The position numbers were made by a program, and so were the translations under genes. From the NCBI GenBank assembly GCA_021432655.1, contig MU271574.1:9240-42704 (forward strand): 33,465 nt of DNA, written 5' to 3'. Shown here piece after piece: positions 9,272 to 24,379 of the stretch (positions are counted from its first letter, which is position 1; every line of letters begins with the position of its first letter). The DNA is from Atractiella rhizophila (taxonomy: Eukaryota). A model generated the notes under the pieces. The model saw nothing but the letters and a program-made list of their open reading frames with translations, was not told the DNA's origin and made no database searches.

Positions 9272-10898
9272 ATGGTTGCGAAAGACGACACCCAGTTTGG
9301 TGAACTGTTCTCCTGGCTCCTGGAGCACCAGAAATATCAAAGCTTTCCGTTCAAATTGCAGATCAACCATGGTACGCACACAGCTCATCCATCTTGATGC
9401 CTTTAAGTTAATCCAGCAGCTGGCATTCGTGGACTTGTCGCCACTCGTGACATACCGTTTTCAAGCGAATTAGCAACAATTCCTGCTGGCGCATTGTTAA
9501 ATTCTCACACTCTCAAGTCGTACTACAGCTCTGACTTACAATCTGCCTTTACCACAACACAACTATTGTCGCTTCATTTGGCACGTTATCGCAAAACCAT
9601 TTTGTGTGAAGGAGACTTGTCTGCGCCGGGCTTTGTCGAATGGAACCATTTCTTGAACTCCTTTCCGCAGGAATACAACTGGCCAACCTGGCACCGAGAG
9701 CAGATTTGGAAGAGGCTCCAAGGGTTTGCTCCCGAAACCCTGTCAAAGAAGGTGGAGGATGTAACACACCGACTGGCGATAGACTGGAAAATAGTGGAAA
9801 AACTTTGGGTAGGTACCTTAAAACGCTTCCGAGTACAATAATGACTTCGATATCAGAATGAAGGACGAGAAAGCCAAGACTGCGTTGACATGGAGTATTT
9901 TGAGTGGGGATGGTGGACTGGTACGTGCATTGAATGTCTTAGTCTATGAACCATATGATGTTGGCGCAGTAAATACACGTTGTCTCTACTACGATCTCAG
10001 GAGGAAACCGTCGGTGGATAACAATTTGACTTTGGCACCAATTCTTGAGTAAGCCATCTCAATTTTGGCATGGTAGGATGTGCTTGACGGCTCTGAATCA
10101 GCATGGTGACTGTTATGGACCAAACTACAAAGCAACCACTAATATCTGATGTAGGCAAATCACTCCGCCAAAACTTCAGTCCGTGTGCCGCTTTCATATC
10201 GGTGCAACATGCCTGATTCACTTGGAAGTGCTCCATACTTGTTGGCCCTCCAGAAAGAGCATCTACTTTCCCATCACCGTTGATCATGCATGCACCAGCG
10301 AGCACTTCCTCCGGTACCAGCGGCTTGTTTCTTCGGAAAGGCAGCGAGGTATTGCTGTCATATGGGGCACACAGCAATGCTCTCCTTTTGGCTGAATACG
10401 GATTTGTTCTTTCTACGTCGCCGGAGACACTATCCAGCCTCACTCTCGATGTTTCAAGCCTAATCGAAGCCTTTTTTCAGACCACAGATGCAAAGAGGAA
10501 GGCGCAAACCCTGCAGGAGGAAGGCTATTGGGGGTGCGTCAGTACCGTCTCATGCGGGAGATCTGAGCCTCGTCGACAGAGACTACACCTTGCACTGTGA
10601 CTTTACGTCTTTTCGACTGCTTGTGGCTCTTAGGCTGCTCGTTGCCGACAGCGACGAGCAAGCATGGCGGAGCATGCTGCATGGAGAAAAGGAGATCATC
10701 TCCTGCAGGAACGAAGAAGCCGTGTTCAAGAAAATAGTTTCTGTGTGCACAGTTCTCAAGAGAGACGTAGAAAGGAAGCTAACCCGCTTGAGAGAACTGG
10801 TTGATGATGGCGAAGAAAATGAGCTGTGCAAAAACATTATAGTAATCTGCGAAGAAGAGCTTTATTGTATAGATCAAAATTTGGGAAGGCACACATAA
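9272..10898 (+). CDS. SET-domain protein lysine methyltransferase (RKM2/SETD4-like), multi-exon
   Basis: Spliced motifs GIRGLVATRDIP, VNTRCLYY...LTLAPILD-M-ANHS and GSEVLLSYGAHSNALLLAEYGFV; C-terminal helical region SFRLLVALRLL. Confidence 0.88.
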
Positions 10899-10911
10899 TG
10901 CAATGTAGAGG

Positions 10912-13077
10912 TCATCGAGTCCACTGGACGTTGTCCTTAGTGGCTCTCCCCATGCGATATACCTCCTTCTCCACCATCCTTCTCCCCATAGTCTCTGTCC
11001 GTCTGTTTTTCCCATTGCCATTGCTTCGAAGTGGAACGTTGTCAATAGAATCCTCTTCATCCCCCTCACTGTCCTCATCCCGGTCATCTGCCTTCCTCTT
11101 GCGCCCACGCAGAGCTGCTCCCACGTTAATGTTAACCGCTGGTGGGACCGTAAACCCAAAGGCTTTGCCAACTTTTCGTAGGTCCAGTTCGTGAACGTTG
11201 AAGATGCTTTTTAGCGAGTAAGAGGCGTATGACTGGATATAAGATCGGAACCCATCCCGTGCAGATTGATTCAAATAATAATTTTGGGATATAAGTTTCT
11301 CGAGCTGCAAAAAGCTGTCAGGTCTACAAAGTGAGTTAACAATTTGAACGTACCTGGCCTTGAACGTTAGCCATTTTTTCTTCTGGGAAGCTATATTCAT
11401 TGAGAGGGACCTTTGCAGCTTTGAGAAAACGCAAGAAACCAAGTTCGGACGGCAATAGGAACATAAGGCTCTTTCCATCCTTGCCAGCTCGAGCTGTGCG
11501 GCCAACCCGGTGAATATAATCGCGGGGATCGTCCGGCGGGTCGAATTGGATAATCCAGTCGACTTTGGGGATGTCGAGCCCACGAGCAGCTACATCGGTA
11601 CACAGAAGTATGCCTGACGCAGCGTTGCAAAACTCGAAAAAAGTATTGGTCCTCTTCTGTTGCTTTTGTTTGCCCTGCACGTTTTGCCTCAGTAGTTGAA
11701 TGCGTTGGAAGGGCCAAACCTACATGGAGATCCAGGGTGGGAATGTCAACATAGTTCAACAATTCGGCATGGTATTTAACGGAATGGCAGGAAGAAAAGA
11801 AGACAACAACTTTTTTCTTCAAATTTCGTTTTAAAAACGTAAAAAGGAGCCGGAAGCGCTGATCACTGTCGCAAACAACGTATCCCTGCTCAAGTCTGTC
11901 TGCCGTACTAGATTCTTTTTCGGAGTCCACGCTGATGAAAAGCGGACCAGGACGCAATGAGATGCGTGCGAGATCGGAGACTTTGGTAGTCTGAGTAGCA
12001 GAGAATAGCATGCTCTGTCGGTTCTCTATCCACAACCCAGAATGAGCTCTACCCGCTGGCAGAAAAGAAGTTACGACAAACCACTGGGAAGCAGCGCAAT
12101 GATCTTCTTCATTTCCTCCTCAAATCCAATCTCGAGGATGCGATCAGCTTCATCGATTATCAGCGTCTTGAGATTCTTTGTGACAAATCCTTTGGTATTC
12201 TGTGACAAGAATCAAAGAATGATCAGCGATAACATCTAAATACAAACTTGCAAGTGGTCCAACAGCCTTCCTGGTGTTGCTATCACGAGGTTGACACCTT
12301 TAGCTAACTTTTCTGCCTCAGCTTTCCTATTCGCGCCACCCATGACGAGAGCGAAGGTTTGGCTATGATGTTTCATGAGGTCTTTCGCAACCCCAAAAAT
12401 CTGCATTGTTAATTCTCTCGTTGGAGAAACGACGATCGCTCCGGTCCCTAGCAAACATGAGTCAACACAAGCGCACAATTCTGAGGCAATGCAGTACCAT
12501 TGCGGGGTTTGAACTTCAACTTGGACAGCATTTCCACCGCGGGAATCAGAAATGCTAATGTCTTGCCGCTGCCTGTATGAGCCGCACCTAAGACGTCCTT
12601 TCCTGCGAGGAGAGGAGGGATGGTTCGCGCTTGGACCTCCATCATCGTCTTAAAACCCATCTCATCCAACGCCATTGCAGTTTGTGAAGTAAGAGGGAGA
12701 GTATTAAAAGGAACCGGCTCATAACGACTCTGTGAAGAATCAGAAGTCATCGAGGCTACTGGATCCTGCCCTGCTGCCTTCATAGTCTCGGCTTCGAGCC
12801 GAGGCTCTGTTTCAAGCTCCGAGTGCTTTCTCTTCTTCTTGTTCTCCTCCTCCTTCACACCGTCTTCGAAGAGCTTCTCACTTTCTTCTGTCCTGGTTTT
12901 CCCACTATCTTCAATAGCGATTGCATCGTGCGTCCGCTCTACGACATGGCTATTCTTATCTGTGAGCTCCCCTCTCTTCCTGCGCGTGCGATCCTTCCGT
13001 GCTTTTCGAGAAACGTCGCTTGTTGCAGGATAGGCGGATATGGATTCTTCCCGCTGAGCTTGAGCGTCTGAAGTCAT
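10912..13077 (-). CDS. HAS1: ATP-dependent DEAD-box RNA helicase HAS1/DDX18, multi-exon
   Basis: [78 protein letters not shown], and the HAS1-specific [25 protein letters not shown] and [10 protein letters not shown]. Confidence 0.96.
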
Positions 13078-13524
13078 CTTCACTCCGCGTGAACTGTTGT
13101 AGCTTGGTGGCTGGAGAGCGACAGAAAGTAGTTGAACGTTGAACTTCGATCAAAAAAAGTTGTAGGAAACCCACCCCTCAGGCTGGCTTGGCCCCTCGCT
13201 TTTGTTTCTTCCCTTGTTTGCTAGCCACCACAGTAATTTAGTCCCCAGTAATTATTTTTTTGACATTCCGGGTGCGTTCTTCCTCTACCATGGTTTGTCA
13301 GCCGCGAGCAGGCGGTGGGTGTTCAAGTTATCAAAACCTTCACCTTCTTGGCCGTCAACAGCTTTCCCATGGCGTGCACAATTTCTGTTTCTGACAGCCG
13401 TCCCCAGTTACATTTTAGATGCCAGGCAATGAGCAAAGGATCCATCACAGCAATAACCCATTCACCGTTATGGAAAGAGTCAACAGGCAGCTAACTTGGA
13501 CTTTGCCAGGTGTATCGTGGCCAT

Positions 13525-15160
13525 ATGAACAAGAATTTACCGCCCTCACCTCGTAAGCTCCCAACTTCAAATGTAAACCCAGCTTTCCGGTACTTTGGGA
13601 TTCCACCTTCGGTTCTCGCTTGGAGACCAAAAATACCTTCGAGAAACTGGAGCATATTCTGGGCTATCCTTCTCACCTCTTCATCCTATTGGTACTATGA
13701 CCGTCGCGAATGCCGCAGCATTAGAGAGGAGTACAAGAAGGAAGTCGCATGGATAGGCAAGACGGACATGAAGACTCCACTAGAATGGCCACGTCGGTGT
13801 ACAGTGGTGGCGACCAGTGTATGGGATGATGGAGATGAGGGCAGGAGTGTAACTTGGTTTAAACGACATGTGAAGGTAAGTCGTTTCTCCATCCAAATTC
13901 CAAGCATACGTCACTTCGCGATAACAAGCTTTAATGTCTCTAATTTTGGGTGGTGGATTGGTGTAGCCGTACCTGATTGCAGCTGGCATGGACCTTCGTA
14001 TTATTCATGGCACCCGGCCCGGCGATTTGGCTAGAATCATCCACAAGTCGATTATCGATCAGCGTATTCTTCTGGCAGTACCTGAGACATCGTCACTTAC
14101 TCCCCAAGAAGAAGCCCTACGTGACACAGAAGGTGGAGTGATTGTCATGGGTCGGCAAGCTCTCAAAGAGTATTTCTGGGCATTGAGGCGTGGATGGACA
14201 GATGTCATTGACGTCGAAGAGGAGTTAAAAATTCAAGCTGTAGGAGTGGAAGATCGAGAACAAGAAAGGATTGTGCGAGAGCTTGCGAAGGAAGATGAGA
14301 TGACAAAGGGACCATTCGACGATGCCACCGAAAGCATTGGGACCTCAGGTCGCATGTCATTTCCTCCTCAAGGCATGCTTCCTCCCTATCAACCTGCTGC
14401 GCCGAAGCCTCTATCAACGAGCCAAGTGCATACTATTTTGCCGCCAGATGATTTTCCTCGACAGCCGCCTCTTTTACTTGTGCCCTTCGTCCATCCCGTT
14501 GGGCTGCGATTTTGGCCACGCAAGATTTTTCGTTGGTTCAATCGGCGGTTCGAGGCGCGGGAAGGAGCGGAAGCTGCACTCATGCTAATTCAGAATCAGA
14601 CCAGGCCAGTTTCTCCGCCATCATCTATGTCAGGACTGTTGCGGGAAGAGGAAGTGCAACAAGTTCGTGCTGGTCGAATTACAGAAGCCGATCTAAATAC
14701 GGCTGTCGGATCTGGGTTGACAGGGTCTGTTGATCTCGATTTCCTGTACGAACCTTCAGAAGCGTTCCATGCACGTAGTACCCTTCTTCGTCGACCCAGT
14801 CAGATACACGTCGCCCGCACAGAATACTACGAAAAGACGCTGCCTCCGCTGCTGCGGACTACCAGAGAACTGTCCCGGCACCTTCGAGAACCGACTAAGC
14901 AAGAGGTCAAGTATCCGCCGAAGAGCGAAGCAGAGCTTCGACAACAGCGAGTGGATAATGAACGCCGTTGGAGGAACGAACTAGAAGGATGGGCAATTGT
15001 CCGCAGAGGGAGTGGCATTGCGTGGACCGATGGTATGGAGGTTTTAAACACCTTTCGTCATTCCACAGAGGAGGAGCGAGCTCATTGGAGTGAGGAAAAA
15101 CGGCATTGGGAAGAAGTATGGGCACGTAGAGAAAGTCAATTCGTGGAAGGGGAAGAGTGA
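13525..15160 (+). CDS. TIM54: Mitochondrial inner-membrane translocase subunit Tim54 (start may lie upstream, at 13290)
   Basis: NPAFRYFGIP...KIPSRNWSIFW...YYDRRECRSIREEY, WFKRHVK|PYLIAAGMD, GGVIVMGRQALKEYFWALRRGW, GLRFWPRKIFRWFNRR. Confidence 0.9.
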
Positions 15161-15565
15161 CGCTGGGAACATAGAGGAGCAATGTTCCTAAGCAGCATCG
15201 CAATTGATCTGACAATGATTGTCCCTCTGTTGCTTCTGCCACGACTCAAGAGAGTGGGGATATTGTCAGTCCTAATGTCGGTCCGATACTTGCAAACAAC
15301 TCTCGCATTATTTTGGACTGTAGATGAGGGTAGGCTGAAAGCTGAAACAGAGTGCTTCCTATACATATGTTGGTTTTACTTCAGTCTCCTCAGGATGCTT
15401 ACCAGGGAAAGTATATAACGTGAATGCACCGAGATGCACCTATTTCCAAGAGGAGTCTCCCCATATAAATTTGGTATCATCTAGTGGCCCTACTATAGGT
15501 CATTGCGATGCGCCGGTGCTATGGAATAGTTGTGGATATGGTGCTTGTAGATCTTTCTGTGTAGC

Positions 15566-16384
15566 ATGTGGACTAGGTTGATATATAATGTCAACAAGTC
15601 GGTGCTTTTATCCGCGACCTCAACCCACCTCCATTTCTTTATCACCGTTCCAAGGCCATTCCCATTATTTCTGAAGTGCGGAAAATTGCAGCGAGGATGT
15701 CACGCTTGGCTTATCCGAGTTTGCTTCCCTTCGCAGACTGTCGCACCAGAATAGTGCCTTAGAGCAGTATTACGGCATTCAATCACCAGAAAACTCCTAT
15801 CTTTTTCTGGATTATCCGTGAGCAGTTGGCTGCACTTGGAGGAGGTTAATTTGTCCGTTCAGAGTGGCCAGAATCTCGTCGGGGAGCCCCTGTCGACCTT
15901 GACAGTCGTGCCGCAGTATTGGATGCAAGAGGAACTCCATCAAAATGGAGATTCGCTTTTGAAGACATTAGTTTTCCGCGTCCAGCCCTACAGGCGCCTG
16001 TGTGCCAGTTGGTACGGCCTTAAACCTGACTTTCTGAGCTAACAACAGGATACAGTGTTGCCTCTACCTGAAACAGGGTACAAATATAGAGCAGCTTGAA
16101 CCAAGCCTGAAGAAGACTTTTACCGACCGTTACCTTGCATCTGGCCTTGACGGAGGTGCCTGGAGCCTGGCAGAAAACGATCGCAGGAGGAGTTTCTACT
16201 TTTTAGGTTGGAAGTCCAGAAAGGCGAGCAGGATATCATTATCTTCCCCATTATTCTGACCGGAATGTTGCAGCACCGGAATATGTATGCCGAAACAGAT
16301 CTATTTGATGACGAGATCGATAAACTTACGCCACACACTGAAGAAGGATGGGGTGACTTTGTCATACCCATGCAACCGCATTAG
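15566..16384 (+). CDS. Uncharacterised multi-exon protein, possibly dimeric alpha/beta-barrel (ABM-like) fold; start and exon 2 frame uncertain
   Basis: Consistent short introns give ...EQYYGIQSPEN.../FWII|QWPESRR...KWRFAFEDISFPRPALQAPVCQL|IQCCLYLKQG...GGAWSLAENDRRRSFYFLGWKSRK|HRNMYAETDLFDDEIDKL...PH*. Includes a GC-AG intron at 16224-16273. Confidence 0.6.
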
Positions 16385-16441
16385 ATCGCTGCGGAAAGTA
16401 CACTGTGACACAATCTCTGCAACAGCGACAATTATTTCAAG

Positions 16442-19794
<3,353 letters not shown>

Positions 19795-19844
19795 TTCTCT
19801 AAGGAGAAAAAAACAAAAGGGAAGTATCACGATGGTCGTCGTCT

Positions 19845-19869
19845 CAACGCGTCACGCCGCGACGCGTTG
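19845..19869. promoter_or_regulatory. Paired MCB elements forming an inverted repeat in the MCM6/KAP120 divergent promoter
   Basis: CAACGCGTC-acgccgc-GACGCGTTG; ACGCGT at 19847 and 19862. Confidence 0.7.
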
Positions 19870-19972
19870 TGGGTGGGACAAATTCAGACACATCCAATCC
19901 AACTGATAATCATCCACCATCCACCATCAGCAACTATCAGCGTTCCCTCATCCCAAACATTTCTTCTTCACC

Positions 19973-22900
19973 ATGGACGGTTCTGGCAAGAATACGGTCC
20001 AAAATCTCCTCCTTTTTCTCCAAGCGGCTAGCACAAACCCAGCGAATCCCACCGCCTTAGGTTTTGACCTAAACTACCTTGATAATTTTTTGCGCACAGA
20101 CACCAAGACGTACTTCAGAACCCTCATGGAGATATCCAGCGAAAGGGATCACTTAGGCAGGGAAGTTCGGTTTCAAGCTGCTGTCCAATTCAAGAATGGG
20201 TTAGAGAAAGGCTGGAGAAATGAGTGCGTTTTCATCCTTGCATAGTAGAGGAGAAGTGTTGGCTAGGACATGTTTGCGGGATAATAGGATGGCTTCATTG
20301 ATCTGTTCGATTCCTGCTACTCATTCCTTAATGGCCACTGGGCATTCCATTCCTTTCAATGTTCTGAGTTCTGAGGGCATTGGCATAGGTCACTAGATCA
20401 AGAGACGAAGGCGGCATTACGCGATGCTTTGTTCAATCTGGCTTTGGATGCAGATTCTCTCGTCTGTTTTTTCTGTCCTTTTGAAATCTAGCAGAACATC
20501 ATGCAGATTTCCAAACAAGCGGTTCAATCAGTAGCTCGCGTGGCCCGTTTCGACTTGGATAAATGGTGCGCTCAACTTGTGTCGAACCTCTGTCATCTAT
20601 CTCATTCATTTGCTTAGGCCTCAGCTGTTCTCTAATCTTTCAGATGTATTGACCTTTCATGCCTCACTTGAGACAGACGAGGCACGCATTCTATCGCTCC
20701 GCAGCCTTCAGACCATGAAGGTAAGAACTGCAATTTCCGAACCGAGTTGGTTAATCACAATTCATAAAGGCGGCAATTAAGGCCCTCTGCAGTAATCGCA
20801 TGATGCGGGGCAGGCTCTTCATGGAAAGCATGACGCCTACTCTGTTCCCTACGTTAATGGCTCTCTACGAGAACTACTTTCAGAGATTCAGGGCTCAGGT
20901 TCAGAATGAAGCGGTTGGGGAAGATCAATCGGGCAACGACCTCATGCTGTCGCATCTTTCATTCAGATGCCTCAGCTTATTGTTGGTATATGGATACCCA
21001 AAACCACAAGATATTGCCGAACCTTCTGTGAGCACGCGAGTGTGACGGCCAATGAGCTCGAGCTCAGTTCTATTATAGAGTTTCTTCCGAAGTAGTGTTC
21101 GTGTATTACGGTCGCTTGTGTCGCTGCGGCAGGGTTATTTCTCGAGTACTACTTCGATCATGCGATGCTCTTTCAAGCCGCTGAACAAGCACTTTCTCGC
21201 CTTCGGGAAACTCTACCGCTCCTTTGCCGACAAAGACAACCGATCGCTCCTTGCTATGGGCGAAGGGCACAACATCCTCGCGCTCTATTGGGGTTTGTTA
21301 GAAACAGCTACCTCAGACGGCACCTGGGAGAAGGTACGAGGAGGCGACGACGCTTTCATTCCTGAAAGCTTTGTCCTTCAAGCCATGTTGGTTATCAAGA
21401 ATCTCTTCTTCGACTGGCACGGCGATACAAGTGGGAATGACGGTACTTCCATACATTCCTATGCAAGAACGCCATTGATCAAATTTGACTAGCAATAATT
21501 ACCGATGATCAGGCTGTCAAGCTTCTACAGATTCTTGTTAACAAGTTATTGCCCTTGAGGGAAAAGGACCTGCAAAATTGGCATAATGACCCAGAGACCT
21601 GGATCAGCGACGAGGAGAACGAGCAGTGGGAGGTTGACATCCGTGTAAGTTACCTATGCCACTGTGACACTAACTTAGACAATGACAGCCGTGTGCCGAA
21701 CGAGTGCTGATGAAACTCATTCCAGAACGTAGCGAAGTTGTTTGCTCTCAGTTGGCTCGAATGGTCGAGGAATCATCTGGTTCGTCATTGCTATTGCCGT
21801 ATACTTTAATAAACTTATCCCCTGCAGCGATGCCTTCAAACGTCCTGCTCAAGGTACTACATGCGTTATGTGGATCAGATATCCATGTTGAAAACGTTTG
21901 TTAGGATGGGCTGTATTGTGCTCTACGCCAATCAACCTATCTCGTGCGGTACCTCGACTTCGACAAAGTGACAACGTCTTTTATCTCGGAAGCCCTGGGC
22001 ACCGAAAGAGACCTTCTTATTGTTCGTCGGCGGATCGCGTGGCTCCTGGGGCATTGGATTGGGGAACGTGTTTCAGACAACACCCAGAAAAATATTTACC
22101 AAATCCTGCTTCATTTGATGTCCGACAATCCATCAACAGATCTAGCAGTTCGACTGACAGCTGCTAACTCCTTGGTGAAAGGTGACAGTTGGGATTTCAA
22201 TCCTGACTTCATGGCTCCCTTCCTCAATGACTACTTGAAACAACTTTTTGACCTCATGAGTATATCTGCCCTTGTCGAGACTCGGATCCGCCTACTCAAT
22301 ACGCTCGGCGTTCTCGTGGAAAGAATGGGCCAACATGTCAGTTTCCTTCCTACAGCTCAGCTCTCAGCTTAACTCGGTCTCACCTCATCGTAGTTTTCAC
22401 CCTACGCTGTTCAGTTGATGCAGACTCTCAAACTCCTATGGGAAGGCACTTCGGACGATGAAAATTATAGCCAAATGCGTATCGCAGTGCTTCAAACTCT
22501 CTTGAAACTAGTCAAGGTATGATGCATGAACCCGTCATTCTTGTTTATTTACATGTCCACAGGCAGATGTCGTGTTCGACGAATCTAGCGCTTATCTTTC
22601 TCCACTGATTTATCAGGCTCTCGTAGATGTGAGGTTTCGTCATAAACGCGTACTCTATTCATGTCATAAACAGGAAAGTCAAATTCTGCGGGAGGACGGT
22701 CTCTACCTGCTGTCCAGTTATCTCCAACGGTTGGAGAGTTTGACACCGGAGATTGCCAGTCTTCTACCGCACCTAGCTAGTCTCCTATTGCAAGGTGGTA
22801 CGGACAGTCTGCCGAGCCTGGCACGGATTATTGAAAGCTATCTTCTACTGAACGCCACATACACGTTGGAGGTTAGTTCTCTGTCCATGGTGGCCAGAAG

Positions 22901-23972
22901 GCTAACAGCCGAGAAGAGCGTTGGAAAAACTGTCCTCGCATCGATGGGTAAGCAGAACCTCTTCACTGCTGATCGGACTCAGATCTCCTCTGGAGCCGTT
23001 CTCTTGGAAACCTTAGACGCTCGTGCGATAAAGCTGCTACAACACGTGCTCAAGACTCTGCTCCTATCTTCAAGTCCCGTGACTTGGTCTCCGTTACTGG
23101 ATATCAGTGGCATATTTTCGAGAGTCATTTCGATAGTTACTACTGATGTGAGTATTGCCTGAAAACCTTAGTGCATCTGACGCCTACCGCGTGATCTTCA
23201 GGTGGCCGCAACAACTGTTGTGCTGTCTCGTTACCTCACTCTGATTAGTCGCATAATCATCTACGATGTAGATACTTTCTACTATCTATTAATGTCGTCG
23301 GCGAGATCTCATCACGAAGAGATATTGAATCAACTCTTGCGTGTCATGGTTGACAAGGTTAGCCGATTACCCGTTGAACGAAATTGGCTCCTAAAGCACG
23401 AGTAGTTTGAAAACCTCTCCTCGGCGAGTGGTAGAAAGGTACCTCTACCAATCCTCCTCAAATTCTTGTTGATATGTTCACTAGCTCATATCGCTTGCCC
23501 TCGCACATTTATGCAGCAAACCCAACGTTATTCTGGTGCAGAACCTTCCTTCCTTCGTGGACCTGTGGTGTTTATCACTCGCCGAGTGCCAGGACGAGGA
23601 AGAGGACTTGTCAGTCATTTGAATTGTCTCCTGAATGGCTTCTTCTTGATACATCCCAGATCATTGTACGGCGAGGATGGTCAAAGCGATTTCTTTCCGG
23701 ACGATGAGACGGCGGAAGCTCGTCGTCGCATCAAAGTCTTTCTAGCTCTTGCTCTCAAGACCAAGCTAAATGACTCGTTTCTCAAGGAATTTCAGACGGA
23801 CCCAGCTTTGCTATTACAAACGAGAACAATCATCAATGAGAAACTGCAGGAATTGCAGGCGGCTGGGAGCATCGACATCCATGCCTTGATCATCGCAAAT
23901 TCTACTCGAGAAGGGCAGGACTCATGGAATGAAGTTCGTGGATTGTCTTCATACTATTCCTCTGCGTTCTGA
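19973..23972 (+). CDS. KAP120: Importin-beta family karyopherin, importin-11/Kap120-like, many exons
   Basis: IBN_N-like VRFQAAVQFKNGLEKGWR; LLPLREKDLQNWHNDPETW; LIVRRRIAWLLGHW; DLAVRLTAA...DSWDF...PFL; HEAT-repeat-like helical composition. Confidence 0.8.
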
Positions 23973-24379
23973 ACCTATTTCAGTTGGTCCAGCGCTTGAA
24001 TGGCTCTCTCAGGGGCTAGAGGTGATTTATAGAGCTGAAGCGAGCAGTCGAAAGTTGGAATGGATGGATAAAGGCGGGCAGAGTGGAGTATGCTATTTAC
24101 TGCACATACCGTAAGGAGGAAAAGCATGCTTAAACGCAACAATACCAACTGTTGACATTTAAAGACGCATTGTAACCTCACTACCTTCTGATTGTCTAAC
24201 AATCACGTTCTCTTCTCCTGTATTCTCATTCTGATTCTGATTTAGATAGGTTGAGATCTGATAAGATGAAATATGCAGACGGAGAATGCGCTTCCATAGT
24301 GTGATTAGTTTCGGTTAGTTCGAGAATCCAAACAGCCATCCATCTCCCCCACCACCCAGAAGGATACGAAAGCACAAGA

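Noticed and set aside
14205..15242. Multiple overlapping antisense and alternative-frame ORFs in TIM54 (also in MCM6, LDB17 and the BTB gene)
   Set aside because: Shadow ORFs of real coding exons with no recognisable motifs.
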